Part shown: positions 1 to 13,021 of the stretch, in pieces
Layout of the letters: every line of letters begins with the position of its first letter
Position numbering within the stretch: the first letter of the stretch is position 1
Assembly: GCA_951406725.2 (NCBI GenBank)
Contig: OX597814.1
Location: 62,868,001-62,932,000 of the forward strand
Length of the DNA: 64,000 bases
Source: Octopus vulgaris
Taxonomy: Eukaryota
Direction of reading: 5' to 3'
Position numbers and translations under genes: made by a program
Notes under the pieces: generated by a model
The model's database searches: none
What the model saw: only the letters and a program-made list of their open reading frames with translations
Told to the model about the DNA's origin: nothing

Positions 1-914
1 TGGTTTTGGAGAAGTTGCGGGTGTGTATTTTGGAGAGACCGGAGCGAATGGTAGCGCGTTTAAAGCAGTAGGAATTAGTACGGAGTATGGGTGGGATGGC
101 TGAAGCAAAGTGGAGAGTGGGGCGGAAATGGAAAGTATTTGATACTTACTGGAAGGTATTTGACCTAAATGGCATTCGAACACCAGGTCATCTTAAAACA
201 AGCCAAGAATTTTTCTCTTTGTTTAGATGATTCAGCAAGTCTTCAATCTATCTATGTTTTGTCGTTATACATAACTCCTTCCTCTCTACTAACATTTCAA
301 AATCTAGTGGTAATTTGCGACACAGTGTATCTTGTTGTCTTCAACAAGCCTCAACAATACAGAAAGGTATCATACTTCATTTCATCAACAGATTTACAAT
401 TCTTTGATGCTTACTGCTAGTACAGCTCTCCTTCCCTGTTGCCTGTGTAGTACTAGTCGGATACCAGCTTAAAAGTGTGACTTAGTTTGCAAATAATACA
501 ATTTTTCTTAAACTCCTTCCTTTTTGCCTGTAGTTTATTGTGTCTATAAAGATCAAGGTGTGAGCCTGTTCTCTATTTTTTTCAGTTGATCGACTATGGC
601 TCGATTGATTAAATGTGATTAAACTATGGAACTAGAACCTCCCAACATTTATCGGAAACATGTGTAACTCTTGAATGTATAAAATCAATTATCTGTGTGT
701 ATATTGCATATGACCCTGTATCAACATACCAATTTCATTTCATAACCATACTCTGAATTTACAAGTTTGGCTGGTGACAGCATGTTGAGATCAGATTACC
801 CGGACTCCTACATCTATCACTAGACATATTTCTTAGCCTGGTATATCTTCATCTACACAGTATTTATGAAGTGTTTTTCTCTTGAACTGTTAATCCCCTT
901 TTATTTTGAAATGT

Positions 915-952
<38 letters not shown>

Positions 953-959
953 TTATTTA

Positions 960-1123
960 GGCGCAGGCGTGGCTGTGTGGTAAGAAGCTTGCTTCCCAAC
1001 CATAAGATTCGGGATTCAGTCCCATTGCATGAAAACTTGGGCCAATTTCTTTTACTATAGCCTCGGGCCGACCAAAGCCTTGTGTGTGGATTTGGTAGAC
1101 GGAAACTGAAAGAAGTCCGTCGT
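960..1123 (+). mobile_element. SINE family A (tRNA-like head plus CORE-like domain), head only
   Basis: A-box-like TGGCTGTGTGGT and B-box-like GATTCAGTCC; matches the head of the full copies at 9360 and 29391; followed by (TATG)n. Confidence 0.85.
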
Positions 1124-3054
1124 ATTTATGTAAGTATGCATGTATGTATGTATGTATTTATGTATGTATGTATGTATGTATGTATGTATGTATGTATGTA
1201 TGTATGTATGTATGTTTGTATGTTTGTATGTTTGTATGTTTGTATGTGTATGTATGTGTATGTATGTGTATGTGTGTGTCACTATGAAGTAAAATATGAA
1301 GTAAAATAAATCACAATACTTAGAAACACACATCAAATAAACTTCTGGTATTTGTAAAGCTTTTTCAACTAGAATTAACTAAATACAGTTAGTTGCACAA
1401 AGCAGTGTTCAATAATACAATGATATTTAACATATTCATGTACACTTGATCCTTACATATCACAGCTGTCGTTCTAATAGGAATTTATTAACTTGCTAAT
1501 AGCTATCCATGCTGCAAAAAACTATGCTTTATCCGTTAATCAGTATAATATGAGCCGGCTCGTCACATCTAAAGCATATAGTGACGGCCGTAAGTGCAAA
1601 TCAAAGCCACTAGTAACTGCCTACTTAATGGTTATTTCCTGATATAATAGTTGTTTATAGGGCAATAGTTGTTTATAGGCCCAGATCGAAAATAGCTGTA
1701 CATATAAAACTTAAATTGGATATACAGAAATCAGCTTCAAAATGAAATTTTATCTGCGCAAAAATTCTTTCAAATTTCTCGGAATTTAAATAACAAAACA
1801 TGTATAGCAGTTAGAAGAAATTGGTTCTATCCTTTTCAAATACCCAGTGGTCTCTTTTGGAAAAAAGAAGCCCAAAAAGGTATGGATCCTGTCAACATTC
1901 TATAAAATGCTTATTGCGCTTAAGAGAAAATACTTTATCCTGTTTCAAGTTAAATCTGCCTTGAACCGGAAATATGAACTATTCATAAGTATTCTTCTAA
2001 CTTTCTAATTTCGAAACCTTTGCAACTGAACGATTAATTTTAACATTACCACTTCTCACCATTTTACTCTGTTTGCTTCTCTATTTTCAGCATAACTTCG
2101 AATTTGTTGGATACTTTTTCTGTTTTTGTAGTACTGAATTGTTTTCTCTCGGCAATTATATTCGATCTATATAATTTTATAAGTGTTTGCATTTATCCAT
2201 TTATCTTTTAATATGAACTTTTATCGACCAGGATACATGTTCTTTATATTATATTATTGTATTTCATTTTATATTGTCATTCATATATTGAAATTATTAC
2301 TCCTACCTTGAAATAATTGGATTGATTTTTAAAAAAATATCTCTATGCATATATTTTTTCTGTCTTTGTATATTTCAAAACTTAATTTCGTACGTTTTAT
2401 TTCGATCGGCTTTATTCTATATCAATGTGTTCATGGTCTGGCCATTACCTTCTTGATTTATTTAATTCTTTAGTTATCTAATTTCTTTATCTGTTGCATG
2501 CTTTCTAGTAGCTTCATCCCGTTCCTGACTATCTGTATGAGGTGCAGGTTGCTATTTGTTACTAAAAGGTACTTTTAACTCTCATCTCCTTTTTCTTTTT
2601 CTTTGTCTTCTTCCTTGTTTTTCCCACGTTCACCTTTCCTTTTCCCTTCTCTTCTTTTTTCTCCTTCTTCTCAGATTGTGATGTTTCTCTCTCTTCTGTT
2701 TTCCTCAATGACTGCGGTTCCACCTCCCTTGTAGTAAGCTCATTTATTTTGCTAATTTATCTTCGGATTTAGTGTTTTACTTTTTTGCGGAACACATTCA
2801 TCCTTGCAATTTATTAATATCTTGCTATTTTGATTTTTATCTCTTACAACATATTTATCTTTTAGTCTAGATTTTTGAAAAGGCTATTTTAATTCACTCT
2901 TTTAACTCGCTTTACTTATTTTGTCTGTTTCCACATGTATGGAAAATTTATATTATCCAGTTTTTAATTCAAATTCGATCGCTTATGTTTTTTCTTTACG
3001 GTCAATCGTCTACCATCCAACGGACTTCTGTTGTATTGTAATGATGGTTTTAAA

Positions 3055-3256
3055 TTTTGCCACAAGGGCAGCCATTTTGGGGGAAGGGATGAGTCGATTA
3101 CTTTGACCTCAGTGTTTCACTGGTACTTAATTTATAGACCCCAATAGGATGAAAGGCAAAATCGACCTCAGCGGAATTTGGACTCAGAATGTAGCGACGG
3201 TCAAAATACTGCTAAGCATTTCATTCAGCATACTAACGATTCTGCTAGCTCGCCAC
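3055..3256 (-). mobile_element. SINE family C (Nin/Deu-domain-like)
   Basis: Reverse complement contains GAGGTCGATTTTGCCTTTCATCC...AAATTAAGTACCAG, shared with the copies at 27271 and 39377. Confidence 0.75.
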
Positions 3257-3399
3257 ATTATATTGTATAGTAATAATGACTTGTTCATATTAGTGACTTG
3301 TAGGGACGCGGTATTTCTTTGTGCAACCATAATATATTATAAAATATATTAAACGTTTTTGTAAGTCAATACCGAGTTCTACTGTCGTTGCAGTGCGCT

Positions 3400-3840
3400 T
3401 TACATCACTGATTTTGGTACAACGTTTCGTATCCGAGACGTCAGATGTACACAAACAATGAGATTGAAGATGGAAAAAGGTTAATGGACATATATGCCAT
3501 ATTTCGAGAGTTTTTAGCTCCTTCATGTGTCTAATCCGGTGATGGGTCCATCTTTCAGTTCAATAACTGAAACGTTTCGATTGCATAGGTCTTGGAAAAA
3601 ATCTGTCATCTCGAATTTAAATACTGAGTGCATTTATTTGAGCCCATAAAGATGTGTTCTTTCATCAATACAGCTTCTGCTTTTTTTGTTGACCTGTTAA
3701 TATATGGCCTAGATCTCTTTACGATGTTCCACTTGATGATGTGGGCTATATTACTGCCCTTTAGGTTCTAGATATGACTTGCTAGCTTTCTGTTTTTCTT
3801 TTGTGTATGTACTTGAAAGAAGAGTGGTGGCTGGTTTAAC
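3400..3840 (-). pseudogene. Decayed Penelope-like element: GIY-YIG C-terminus and possible degenerate hammerhead
   Basis: Minus-strand translation gives HHSSFKY...LASHI*NLKGSNIAHIIKWNIVKRSRPY, typical of the PLE endonuclease C-terminus; downstream CTGACGT...GAAACGTTGTA near 3418-3445. Confidence 0.55.
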
Positions 3841-4479
3841 GAAATAACCTGAAAATAACTTTTTGAATTCAAATAATAATACTGTTAGTTAAGTATGGTT
3901 TTGTGCTAATTAAATCTGTTACTTCAAAATTAACACTAATATTAGTACTTAGTTCGTAAAATGCCAGTTAAACTATAAAGCAAAAAATTCAAAGCAAAGT
4001 TATTTGTTGCACTTCCCACTTTTAGAAGGAACTCAACCCTTCTAATATATTTTCTGAATTTTGCAAACTTTCAAGAGAACTTTTTGTTTTTGCGGTTCAA
4101 TGAGAGTAACCAAAACTGTATCAAATCCAACTCTACAGTTTTTAAAAGAAAGAAAGCCCTCACTTCTTGCACAATGTAACAGTAGATATATAATAACTCT
4201 GGAAAAATAGTGTGCTCATGATTTCAACGTATTTGTTAGTCAGTCCACTATATGAGGATTAGCTTGTAGCTAAACAACATGTCCTATATCAAATTGAGGC
4301 TACTTTTCTTCACGTCAGTAATTATTTCCAGTACGTCTTAATATGCACATAATCTTCTGATACTTATGAGTTTAATAGCTTCATAAATACATAAAGAATA
4401 CAGTGAAACAGTTATTAGCCACGTGGAAAACTGTAACAAACGACGCTAATCTTCACAAAAAGCCTGATATAGTAACCCT

Positions 4480-5043
4480 TGTATTATAAAAGAGAAGCAG
4501 ATGTCTGTCTGTTTGTCCGTCACGCCATCTACTAGAGTGAGAGAAAGAAAGTGAGTAATCAAAATGGACGTCATAATGTATTTTTAGAAGGGAAATAGAA
4601 AATGTTGTTGAGAGAAATGCAGTGAGTCAGAGAGAGAGAGAGAGAGAGAGAGTGAGAGTGAGAAAGAGAGAGAGAGAGAGAGAGAGTAAGAGAGAGAGAG
4701 CGTGCGTATTTGTGAAAGATTGATAGATAGACAAATAGGTATTGTTATCACCATAGTAACTAACAAGTTTTGATTTAAAACGCGGGAATTTTCAATGCAA
4801 GTCTGACAAAAAAAAAAAAAAAACACGACACAGCTTCAAAAACAAAAGATTTTCATTATATAATAATATAGATAGTTACTTTTGGGTTGTTTGTTTATGT
4901 GTGTGTGTGCGTTTGTGCGCGCTTGTGTTTCTGAGTCTGTGTGTGACTGTGTTTTTGTATGTTTTTCAACATAGAAACACCGCAACAATACTTTAATAAA
5001 ATACTTTCACTACAATGATAGGTGAGAGAGCGAGCGAGATGGG

Positions 5044-5098
<55 letters not shown>

Positions 5099-5660
5099 CG
5101 TGCGTGTGTGCATGTGTGTGTGTGCGTGTGCAAAAGATAAATAGACAGATAAGACTGTTGTCACCATAGCAACTTTCACTATATAACAATCTACTATTAA
5201 AAGAAAATACGTACATAATTAACAAATACTTTTCCTGGCAGCGTAGTGACGATTAAAAGGAAGCACTCCGTCGGTTACGACGATGAGGGTTCCGGTTGAT
5301 CCGATCAACGGAACAGCCTGCTCGTGAAATTAACGTGTAAGTGGCTGAGCACTCCACAGACACGTGTACCCTTAGCGCAGTTCTCGGGGATATTCAGCGT
5401 GACACAGAGAGTGACAAGGCCGGCCCTTTGAAATACAGGTACAACAGAAACAGGAAGAAAGAGTGAGAGAAAGTTGTGGTGAAAGAGTACAGCAGGGATC
5501 ACCACCATCCCTGCCGGAGCCTCGTGGAGCTTTTAGGTGTTTTCGCTCAATAAACACTCACAACGCCCGGTCTGGGAATCGAAACCGTGATCCTACGACC
5601 GCGAGTCCGCTGCCCTAACCACTGGGCCATTGCGCCTCCACAGTGACGATTAAGGCCTAG
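4480..5660 (+). mobile_element. Probable non-autonomous Helitron interrupted by a SINE near its 3' end
   Basis: 5' TATTATAAAA...GTCTGTCTGTTTGTCCGTC pattern; ends CTAG|T at 5657-5661; internal direct repeat near 4722 and 5136. Confidence 0.45.
5257..5641 (-). mobile_element. SINE family B (tRNA-derived head), full length with 12-bp TSD
   Basis: Head GGCGCAATGGCCCAGTGGTTAGGGCAGCGGACTCGCGGTCG...GGTTTCGATTCC; AGTGACGATTAA duplicated at 5245-5256 and 5642-5653. Confidence 0.9.
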
Positions 5661-5864
5661 TAAATATAATTAGTCACATAGGTTAGAGGTCGTTTTAAAT
5701 GACCGAGTGTTTTTCGCCGTTTGCAATGAAATAATATTTTAACATCAGTCCCGAAGAAAGCAGTATTGAAACTTACTCCAATTTTTGCTTTGAAAATTTT
5801 GTATGATGAAAAACAATGTTTGATGTGTTGACACGATGAATGTTATGGGATATTACTCTATTAC

Positions 5865-6036
5865 AAATTCGAATTGTGCAATAGAAGCAGCTCTATAGTA
5901 AAAAGTATATCAGTGCATTTAATATAATGCATATGTATCTTTGAAGAAAACCGCAGCTTCTGGCTGCATACATTATGTTCTATTGAAAAAAAAAACTTTT
6001 CACTATAGAGCTGTTTTTATTACATAATTCGAATTT
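5865..6036. repeat. Imperfect 42-bp inverted repeat (MITE-like)
   Basis: 5865-5906 matches the reverse complement of 5995-6036 with about 5 mismatches. Confidence 0.6.
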
Positions 6037-6934
6037 ATTTCGCTTACGCAGCGCATTTTCAGACCAGTGTATAGTTTACAATCTGTAAATCTGTAAATAC
6101 TTTAGACTAGCTGAATCCATTTCATTTTGGCAGTGACACGATTATGTGTCTATTGATTAGCCACAACATCGGCTGGGACAATTCCGTTTCGCCTAACTCT
6201 GAAGTACATTGAGCTTTTATAAAGGGATTTTTCTAGAACGAAAACTGCTACTTCTGGCGCTTTTTAACTACGCACTTACATTAAGTATGTTATGTTACTA
6301 CTTTTATATATTTAAGCTACTATTAAGGTTACTTCACACTGTAACAATTCAAGCCAAAAAACATAACCAGTATTTCAAGTTAAAGGCTTAATTAATTTCA
6401 GCAAAACATGCGAAGAATATACCTTCGTTTTCTTTTTTGCTTTTGTGTTTTTAATTTTTTGCAGAGTCTTCGAAAATCTTTACTTCTTTTTAATAAGCAG
6501 ATATTGTTCACTTTTGTTTTCCACATCTTGCGTAAACTTCTTACAAGGCATTTTGGTTGTTCGTTTTCACTGATAACTTGTATAAAGGTTTTCGTTCATT
6601 TTAATAAACAGATATTTCGCTTTTGTTTCATTGTCATCTCACACAAAAGAATGAAATACTGAGAAACACGTCACCACTTTTCTATTTCCTTTGGGATAAC
6701 GCAGATAACAGGAAGTTATTTCTACTGAGCTTTTCAGCTGTATGGGAAATAGCAACAACGAACGATTTTCATCTTTATTATCATCATCATCAACATCATC
6801 ATTATCATCCTAATCACCACCACCACCAGCAACGGCACTGCCACCGCCACCACTCCCCTCCACTATCACCATTGCCACCACTACCACAACCTCTACTGCC
6901 ATCACCAACACTGTCCCGCTGGTGCTGTTCTTCT

Positions 6935-7090
6935 TTTTCTTCTTCTTCTTCTTCTTCTTCTTCTTCTTCTTCTTCTTCTTCTTCTTCTTCTTCTTCTTCT
7001 TCTTCTTCTTCTTCTTCTTCTTCTTCTTCTTCTTCTTCTTCTTCTTCTTCTTCTTCTTCTTCTTCTTCTTCGTCTTCGTCTTCTTTTTCT
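6935..7090. repeat. (TTC)n microsatellite within a trinucleotide-repeat cluster spanning about 6780-7600
   Basis: Directly visible; neighbouring CAT, CAC, TAG, AAT and TAT tracts. Confidence 0.98.
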
Positions 7091-7509
7091 TCTTTACTGC
7101 TACTATAATATATATACCTGTCTTTTTTATAACAATCATTACTATAACTATTTTTCAGTATATCTTCCTCCTCGCCCCCTCCTCTTCCTCTTCTCCCCCC
7201 TCCTCCTCGTCGTCGTCGTGGCTGCCATCAGTGAACGCTTGATACATTAACGACTACAAAATCGATCGATCTGACGACTATTCTTTGAGAATTTTTCAAT
7301 TAGAAGTTGTTTTACAATCTTTTTTTTTATCAACTGCGAGAATTTCCTTTATATCAGTAAGGTGTTGATTATAGCAGTAGCATTTGTAGTAGTAGTAGTA
7401 GGAGTAGTAGTAGTAGTAACAACAGCAGTAGTTGTATAGTAGAAGCATTATCATCATCATCATCATCATTATAATAATAATAATAATAATAATGATAATA
7501 ATAATAATA

Positions 7510-7546
<37 letters not shown>

Positions 7547-8632
7547 GTAGTAGTAGTAGTAATAGTAATAGTAGTTGCTGTTGGCGTCGTCGTCGTCGTC
7601 GTTATCGTCTTTTTTTGATATTAAGTCATCAAAATTGTTATTTTTTCAATTCTGTTATTCTGAGTCCCTTTCTCTTGCTTCTCAACACAAAATGAAATTG
7701 TCCCCATTTTCAATGAACTAGTTTTCTTTCAAATTTGCCATATCTTATTGTTCTTTTCCAGTACTTTACAATGTTGAAAATGACGTTGGTAAATTGAGTT
7801 TTTGCTATTGAGCAAGTTGATTTCAAAATCTCTTGTGTGGAATGCACTGGAATAGTTTTTTAATTTGCTTAGTTCTGCTTGAAGTAAAAGGCTGAACACG
7901 GCATTAGAAGTTAACTAAACATTCATTAATTAAATTTTCCACCACTGCATGTCATTATTTTTGATAGGATCGACTCAATGATAAATGACTGTTTAATGAT
8001 GTGATTAGGCATTCAGTAAAGTACTATTTTCCCACCTTTCGGTTGGTCGTCCGACATTTTAATCTTATGCTCAACAAAGATCCATGTTCCCAGATTGGTA
8101 AGCATGATGTGCAGCTTGTATAGCTATGAGGAGGATATCTGCATGAAAATACATTTTCAAGGATGGAATACATATTTTCATGCAGATTCTTTCAGCTGCA
8201 TGGAAACTAACTGCAACTAACGATTTTCACATATCCTCGTAATCAGCATCATCAAAACCATCAAGATTTCAACGAACGCTACAACCATCACTAGCAGCAC
8301 CGCTATCACCACCATCAGCACTCCCACCACCACCAGCACTGCATGCACCACCACCACCACCACCAACACAACAACAACAACAACAATCACCACCACCACC
8401 ACCGCCACCAGCCTGTTTTTCCCCAACCGTTTTCATCAGGAAAAGAAGGGCAATGCCTTTATATTTTTTTTCAGAGCCTCTAGGACAGATAGTAGGAAAA
8501 GGAGAAGGTATCCTTAAATTAATAGGATGCCTGTCTCTAATGCCGGCAACAGATCTTATTGTATCAAAAGTGGTGATATTTAACGGATATTTAACGTCAG
8601 AATGCAAATACCATAGTCCATCTTTTCCGACG

Positions 8633-8982
8633 CTCTAGCAACTATTTTTTATGTATGGACCCCTTCGATTACTATTTTATTCTGGTGGTCCCCATCGCAA
8701 TTCGATGTTTAAAAATTAGTTTTATAGAAACTTCTTCCAAAATTCCTATTTTGTTTTTCACACATTAATTTGTGTGGGTTGAGCTATGTAAAATTTTAGA
8801 AGAAAGAAATCTTCCTATTTCTTGCAATACATACCAATACAGACATTTAATGCAAAATTTCTTCAGGTGCCCTTAAAATACTATTGTGGGTCTCCAACTT
8901 ACTGTTTTGTTGTGTGGGCGCAGAAAAATCTTATATAGACCCTCAGGGGCCACATGGAACCCAGTTGTGAATCACTGCTCTA
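8633..8982. mobile_element. hAT-like MITE remnant
   Basis: Right end GTTGTGAATCACTG resembles the hAT terminus GTTGAGAACCACTG; GGACCC subterminal motifs; left TIR eroded. Confidence 0.45.
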
Positions 8983-8989
8983 ACAATTG

Positions 8990-9290
8990 CACACATGAGA
9001 CTGGTATTGTGTAGAGAGAGAGCCTTCAGCCAGCTATTTCAAGGAAGCAGAGATCTATGTTGTAGCAGTCGAAGAGGCAGAGAGGAAAAACATCGTGTCT
9101 GTTAGTTTGTGTTGCGACATGTTGTGAGAGAATCTTTACCAAGCAATGGGATGGCTTTATTTTGGATGTAGTCTAGGAGGTTTATGCGAATAGCAGCAGC
9201 AGCAATCCCCTAGATGCCTGAGCAAACTTGTGGCTTTTCCTAGTTTCGGAGATTGCGATTAAGCTTTGTAAAAAGCAACTGTTATGAACC
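8990..9290 (-). pseudogene. LINE (CR1/Jockey-group) reverse transcriptase C-terminal remnant
   Basis: Minus-strand translation ...AAIRINLLDYIQNKAIPLLGKDSLT resembles LLDRIQNKAIRLIG of the RT thumb region. Confidence 0.5.
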
Positions 9291-9359
9291 GAAGTTGTGA
9301 GATTTTCGATGATGTTTGGAAAAATATAAATATAAAATATGCATTCTTAAAATAAGTAT

Positions 9360-9743
9360 CAGGAGTGGCTCTGTGGCTTGCTTACCAACTACATGGTTCC
9401 GGGTTCTTTCCCACTGCGTGGCACCTTGGGCAAGTGTTTTCTACTATAGCCTTGAGCCGACCAAAGCCTTGTGAGTGGATTTCGTAGACGGAAACTGAAG
9501 GAAGCCCATCGTATATATATATATATATGTATGCGTGTGTATATATGTTTGTGTGTCTGTGTTTGTCCCCCCACCATCACTTGACAACCGACGGCGGTGT
9601 GTTTACGTCACCGTAACTTAGCAGTTCGGCAGAAGAGACCGATAGAATAAGTACTAGGCTTACAAAGAATAAGTCCTGGGGTGCTCCAGCATGGCCGCAG
9701 TAAAATGACTGAAACAAGTAAAAGAGTAAAAGAGTAAAGAGTA
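9360..9743 (+). mobile_element. SINE family A, full length
   Basis: Head, CCTTGGGCAAGTG core, internal microsatellite, tail ending (GTAAAAGA)n. Confidence 0.9.
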
Positions 9744-10320
9744 TAATGAGAGATCTAGGTGAAGTGGTTACAGTAAAAGTTAAACGGATCATAAAGAATA
9801 AAATTCTGATCCTGTGACTATAGATAGATTACTAGCTTACGGCTATAAATAGTATATACTAATTAGAATTCAAAGGTACTTGTCAGTTTATGTGTTGCTT
9901 GTGCATTAAAAAAACATATACCTTACATTTCACATCATTCAGAAAAGGTGTCGAATGCACTATGAATAAATTAATTAATCCATGTTGTCAATGCATGTCA
10001 CTTTATGCGAATTAAGAGTCAGATGACTAAGAAGACGGGCAAGTTTAGTTAAGTTCTAGCTTGTAAACAGTTATAAATTACTGTAAGCTACTGATCACTC
10101 CAGAGTATTCTTTCTCATTAGGAAAGTCAAGCCAATCTTATATCTGAAAAATAAACGTGTTTTGACCGCTTCCTTTACAAGGAGGCTAAAATAATATGGT
10201 TATTAAAAAGGGAACATCTCAAATAGTACTTATGCATGCTTATAAATAGATATATTAGTGTGCGTGTGTGTGTGTGTGTGTGTGTGCATGCATGCACACA
10301 CACATATTTGTAGATATATC

Positions 10321-10370
<50 letters not shown>

Positions 10371-10442
10371 CACATATAAATACAGACTCACCAGTGCAAT
10401 GAGGTAGGGATATGCTAGTATACATACATACATATATATTAC

Positions 10443-10473
<31 letters not shown>

Positions 10474-10499
10474 TGTATGTATGTATGTATGTATGTATG

Positions 10500-10535
<36 letters not shown>

Positions 10536-10584
10536 TATATATACATACATACATATATATATAATATATATATGTATGTATGTA

Positions 10585-10687
<103 letters not shown>

Positions 10688-10724
10688 TGTGTATATATTA
10701 TATTATATATATTCTTTTATTTTT

Positions 10725-11009
10725 GCATGGTGGAGTACTGCCTTAAAGGGTTCTAATAGAACAAATCGATCCCACAACTTATTCTTTGTAAGCCTAGTAC
10801 TTATTCCACCAGTTCATTTTTCCGAACCGCTAGGTTACGGCGGCATAAACATACCAGCATCAGTTGTCAAGCGATGACGGCGGGAACAAAAACAGATATA
10901 CACATAAACACATACATACATACATACATACATACATACATACATACATACATACATACATAATACATACATACATACATACACACACACACATACATAC
11001 ATACATATA

Positions 11010-11043
<34 letters not shown>

Positions 11044-11274
11044 CATACACACACAACACACACACATATATATGCAATGAGAATTTTGTCATTATGTAGT
11101 AATATTATATATATACACGACGGTCTTCATTCAGTTTCCCTCTACTAAATCCAGTTAGAAGACTTTGGTCGGCCGAGGCTATCGTAGAAAGCATTTGCCT
11201 AAGGTGCCACACAGTGGGACTGAATCCAGAACCATGTGGTAGGAAACCAAGCTTCTTACCACGTCTCCGCCTGC
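10725..11274 (-). mobile_element. SINE family A with expanded internal (TACA)n
   Basis: Reverse-complement match to head (11118-11274) and tail (10725-10900). Confidence 0.85.
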
Positions 11275-12930
11275 ATATATGTATGTACGTATGTATGTGT
11301 GTGTGTGTGTGTGTATATGTATGTATATATATATATACACATATATACAGATACAGATACATACATATATTACATGTGTACACACACACACATATATATA
11401 CATATACATACACACACATGCATATATATATTCCTATATATGCATATATATATGTACGTATATAAACGCACACACATATTTATATGTACACCCCCACCAC
11501 ACATATATATATATATATATATGAACATACGTGTATATACGTGAATGCATATATAGGCCTGTATGTGTATATATGTATGCACTTATATGTATATATGTAT
11601 ATTCATATATCCATATTTTCATCTCCCACCTCTATCTATATTTTTTCATCTATCTATTTATCTCTCTATCGTTCTACTAATCTGCTTAGCATAAATATAG
11701 GTCCTGCTGCGATTTGGAGCTCTTAAGACGCAAAACGTCCTCAAATACTGACGATCTGTGCGGTTACTGCAGGTTTTGCAATGCTTTTAGCAAAGGTCAG
11801 GTTACAAAACTATTCTGTTTCCCTCTTCCACAGTCCTGGCGTACTCATATTAGTAGCTTCTTCATTACAGAGCTGTTAATAGAAAGAGAAGAATCGAGGA
11901 ATTGCTGCCCAGACGGACACCAGGAAAGATGCTAAAGTTTGCAATATCAAATATCTGTTCTGAAAAGTCAGCTGCAGTACACATATATATCTTACAGTCT
12001 TAAACGATAACATATGCTTGGGTGATATTCAATACGGATTCTCGATGGATGCAGTCAAAGGCTTTTTTTTTCATGTTTACAAATTAGATTGACACTGCCA
12101 GCCGAAACTCTGCACTATTCGATGTTCTCAACCTGAACATTTTCTCAGTACAAACTAGAAATAAATTAGCAATGTTTATGTGTGAGTGTGTGCGCGTGTG
12201 TGCGCGCGCGCGAGTTTCCTCAAGTACTGACGACCTGTGCGGATTCTGCTGTTTCTCATAAATATTGTTAAGTATTCAAATATTTCAATACGAAATAACC
12301 TATTAGTTATAACTGCTTTTCCTATAATCTAATATGCAAAAATTTTTCTAAAAGCTTTATTTTTAGCATATTTCAGAGATAGATAATTAATTGCCATGAT
12401 GTAGAATTTCTATGTTTATTTTTTATTCTTTCGTTATCTACTGACGTCATCAAAAATTAAATAGTAAACTGGCTTTTCCTAGAATATTCTATTACTTCTT
12501 AACGTCCTTTTTGTATGCGTTCGTCTGCTAGAAATATTTTCTCAGTTTACTTTGAATTTAACCAATTTGAGATTGTCTTGATAACATTGCGTTAGCATAT
12601 ATTTTCGGATATATTGAAACGACCTGTTCTTTCTGTATCTAAATATACTGTCTCAATAGAAGAAGATCGTCGGTAATGCATGGTATAACCACAAATTAAG
12701 ATGTGCTCTTCTCTATTCTTGTTCTCGACTTATTCTCCAAATTTCTTGAAATTCTTCTAAGCGATATTTGGATTTACTTGTCATACATAAAGTATTACCT
12801 TGGATGTTAATTCAACTTGATTGGTTTATAATTATTTGATACAGTTAACCAAATTCATTTAATACTGTTTTATAGATATCTGCCTGGATTTATTAATCCC
12901 TTTTAGTTCAATACACACACACACACACAT

Positions 12931-13007
<77 letters not shown>

Positions 13008-13021
13008 AACATATGTGTGTG

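Noticed and set aside
1-170. Possible LINE 3' fragment on the minus strand
   Set aside because: Only a vague resemblance; no motif I can defend
3553-3580. Hairpin with GAAAC and CTGAAAG motifs as a type II hammerhead
   Set aside because: No NUH site in register and stems incompatible
5570-5641. tRNA-like sequences at SINE heads (also 53300, 54270, 29391)
   Set aside because: A and B boxes present but no closed cloverleaf; they continue into SINE bodies, some with TSDs
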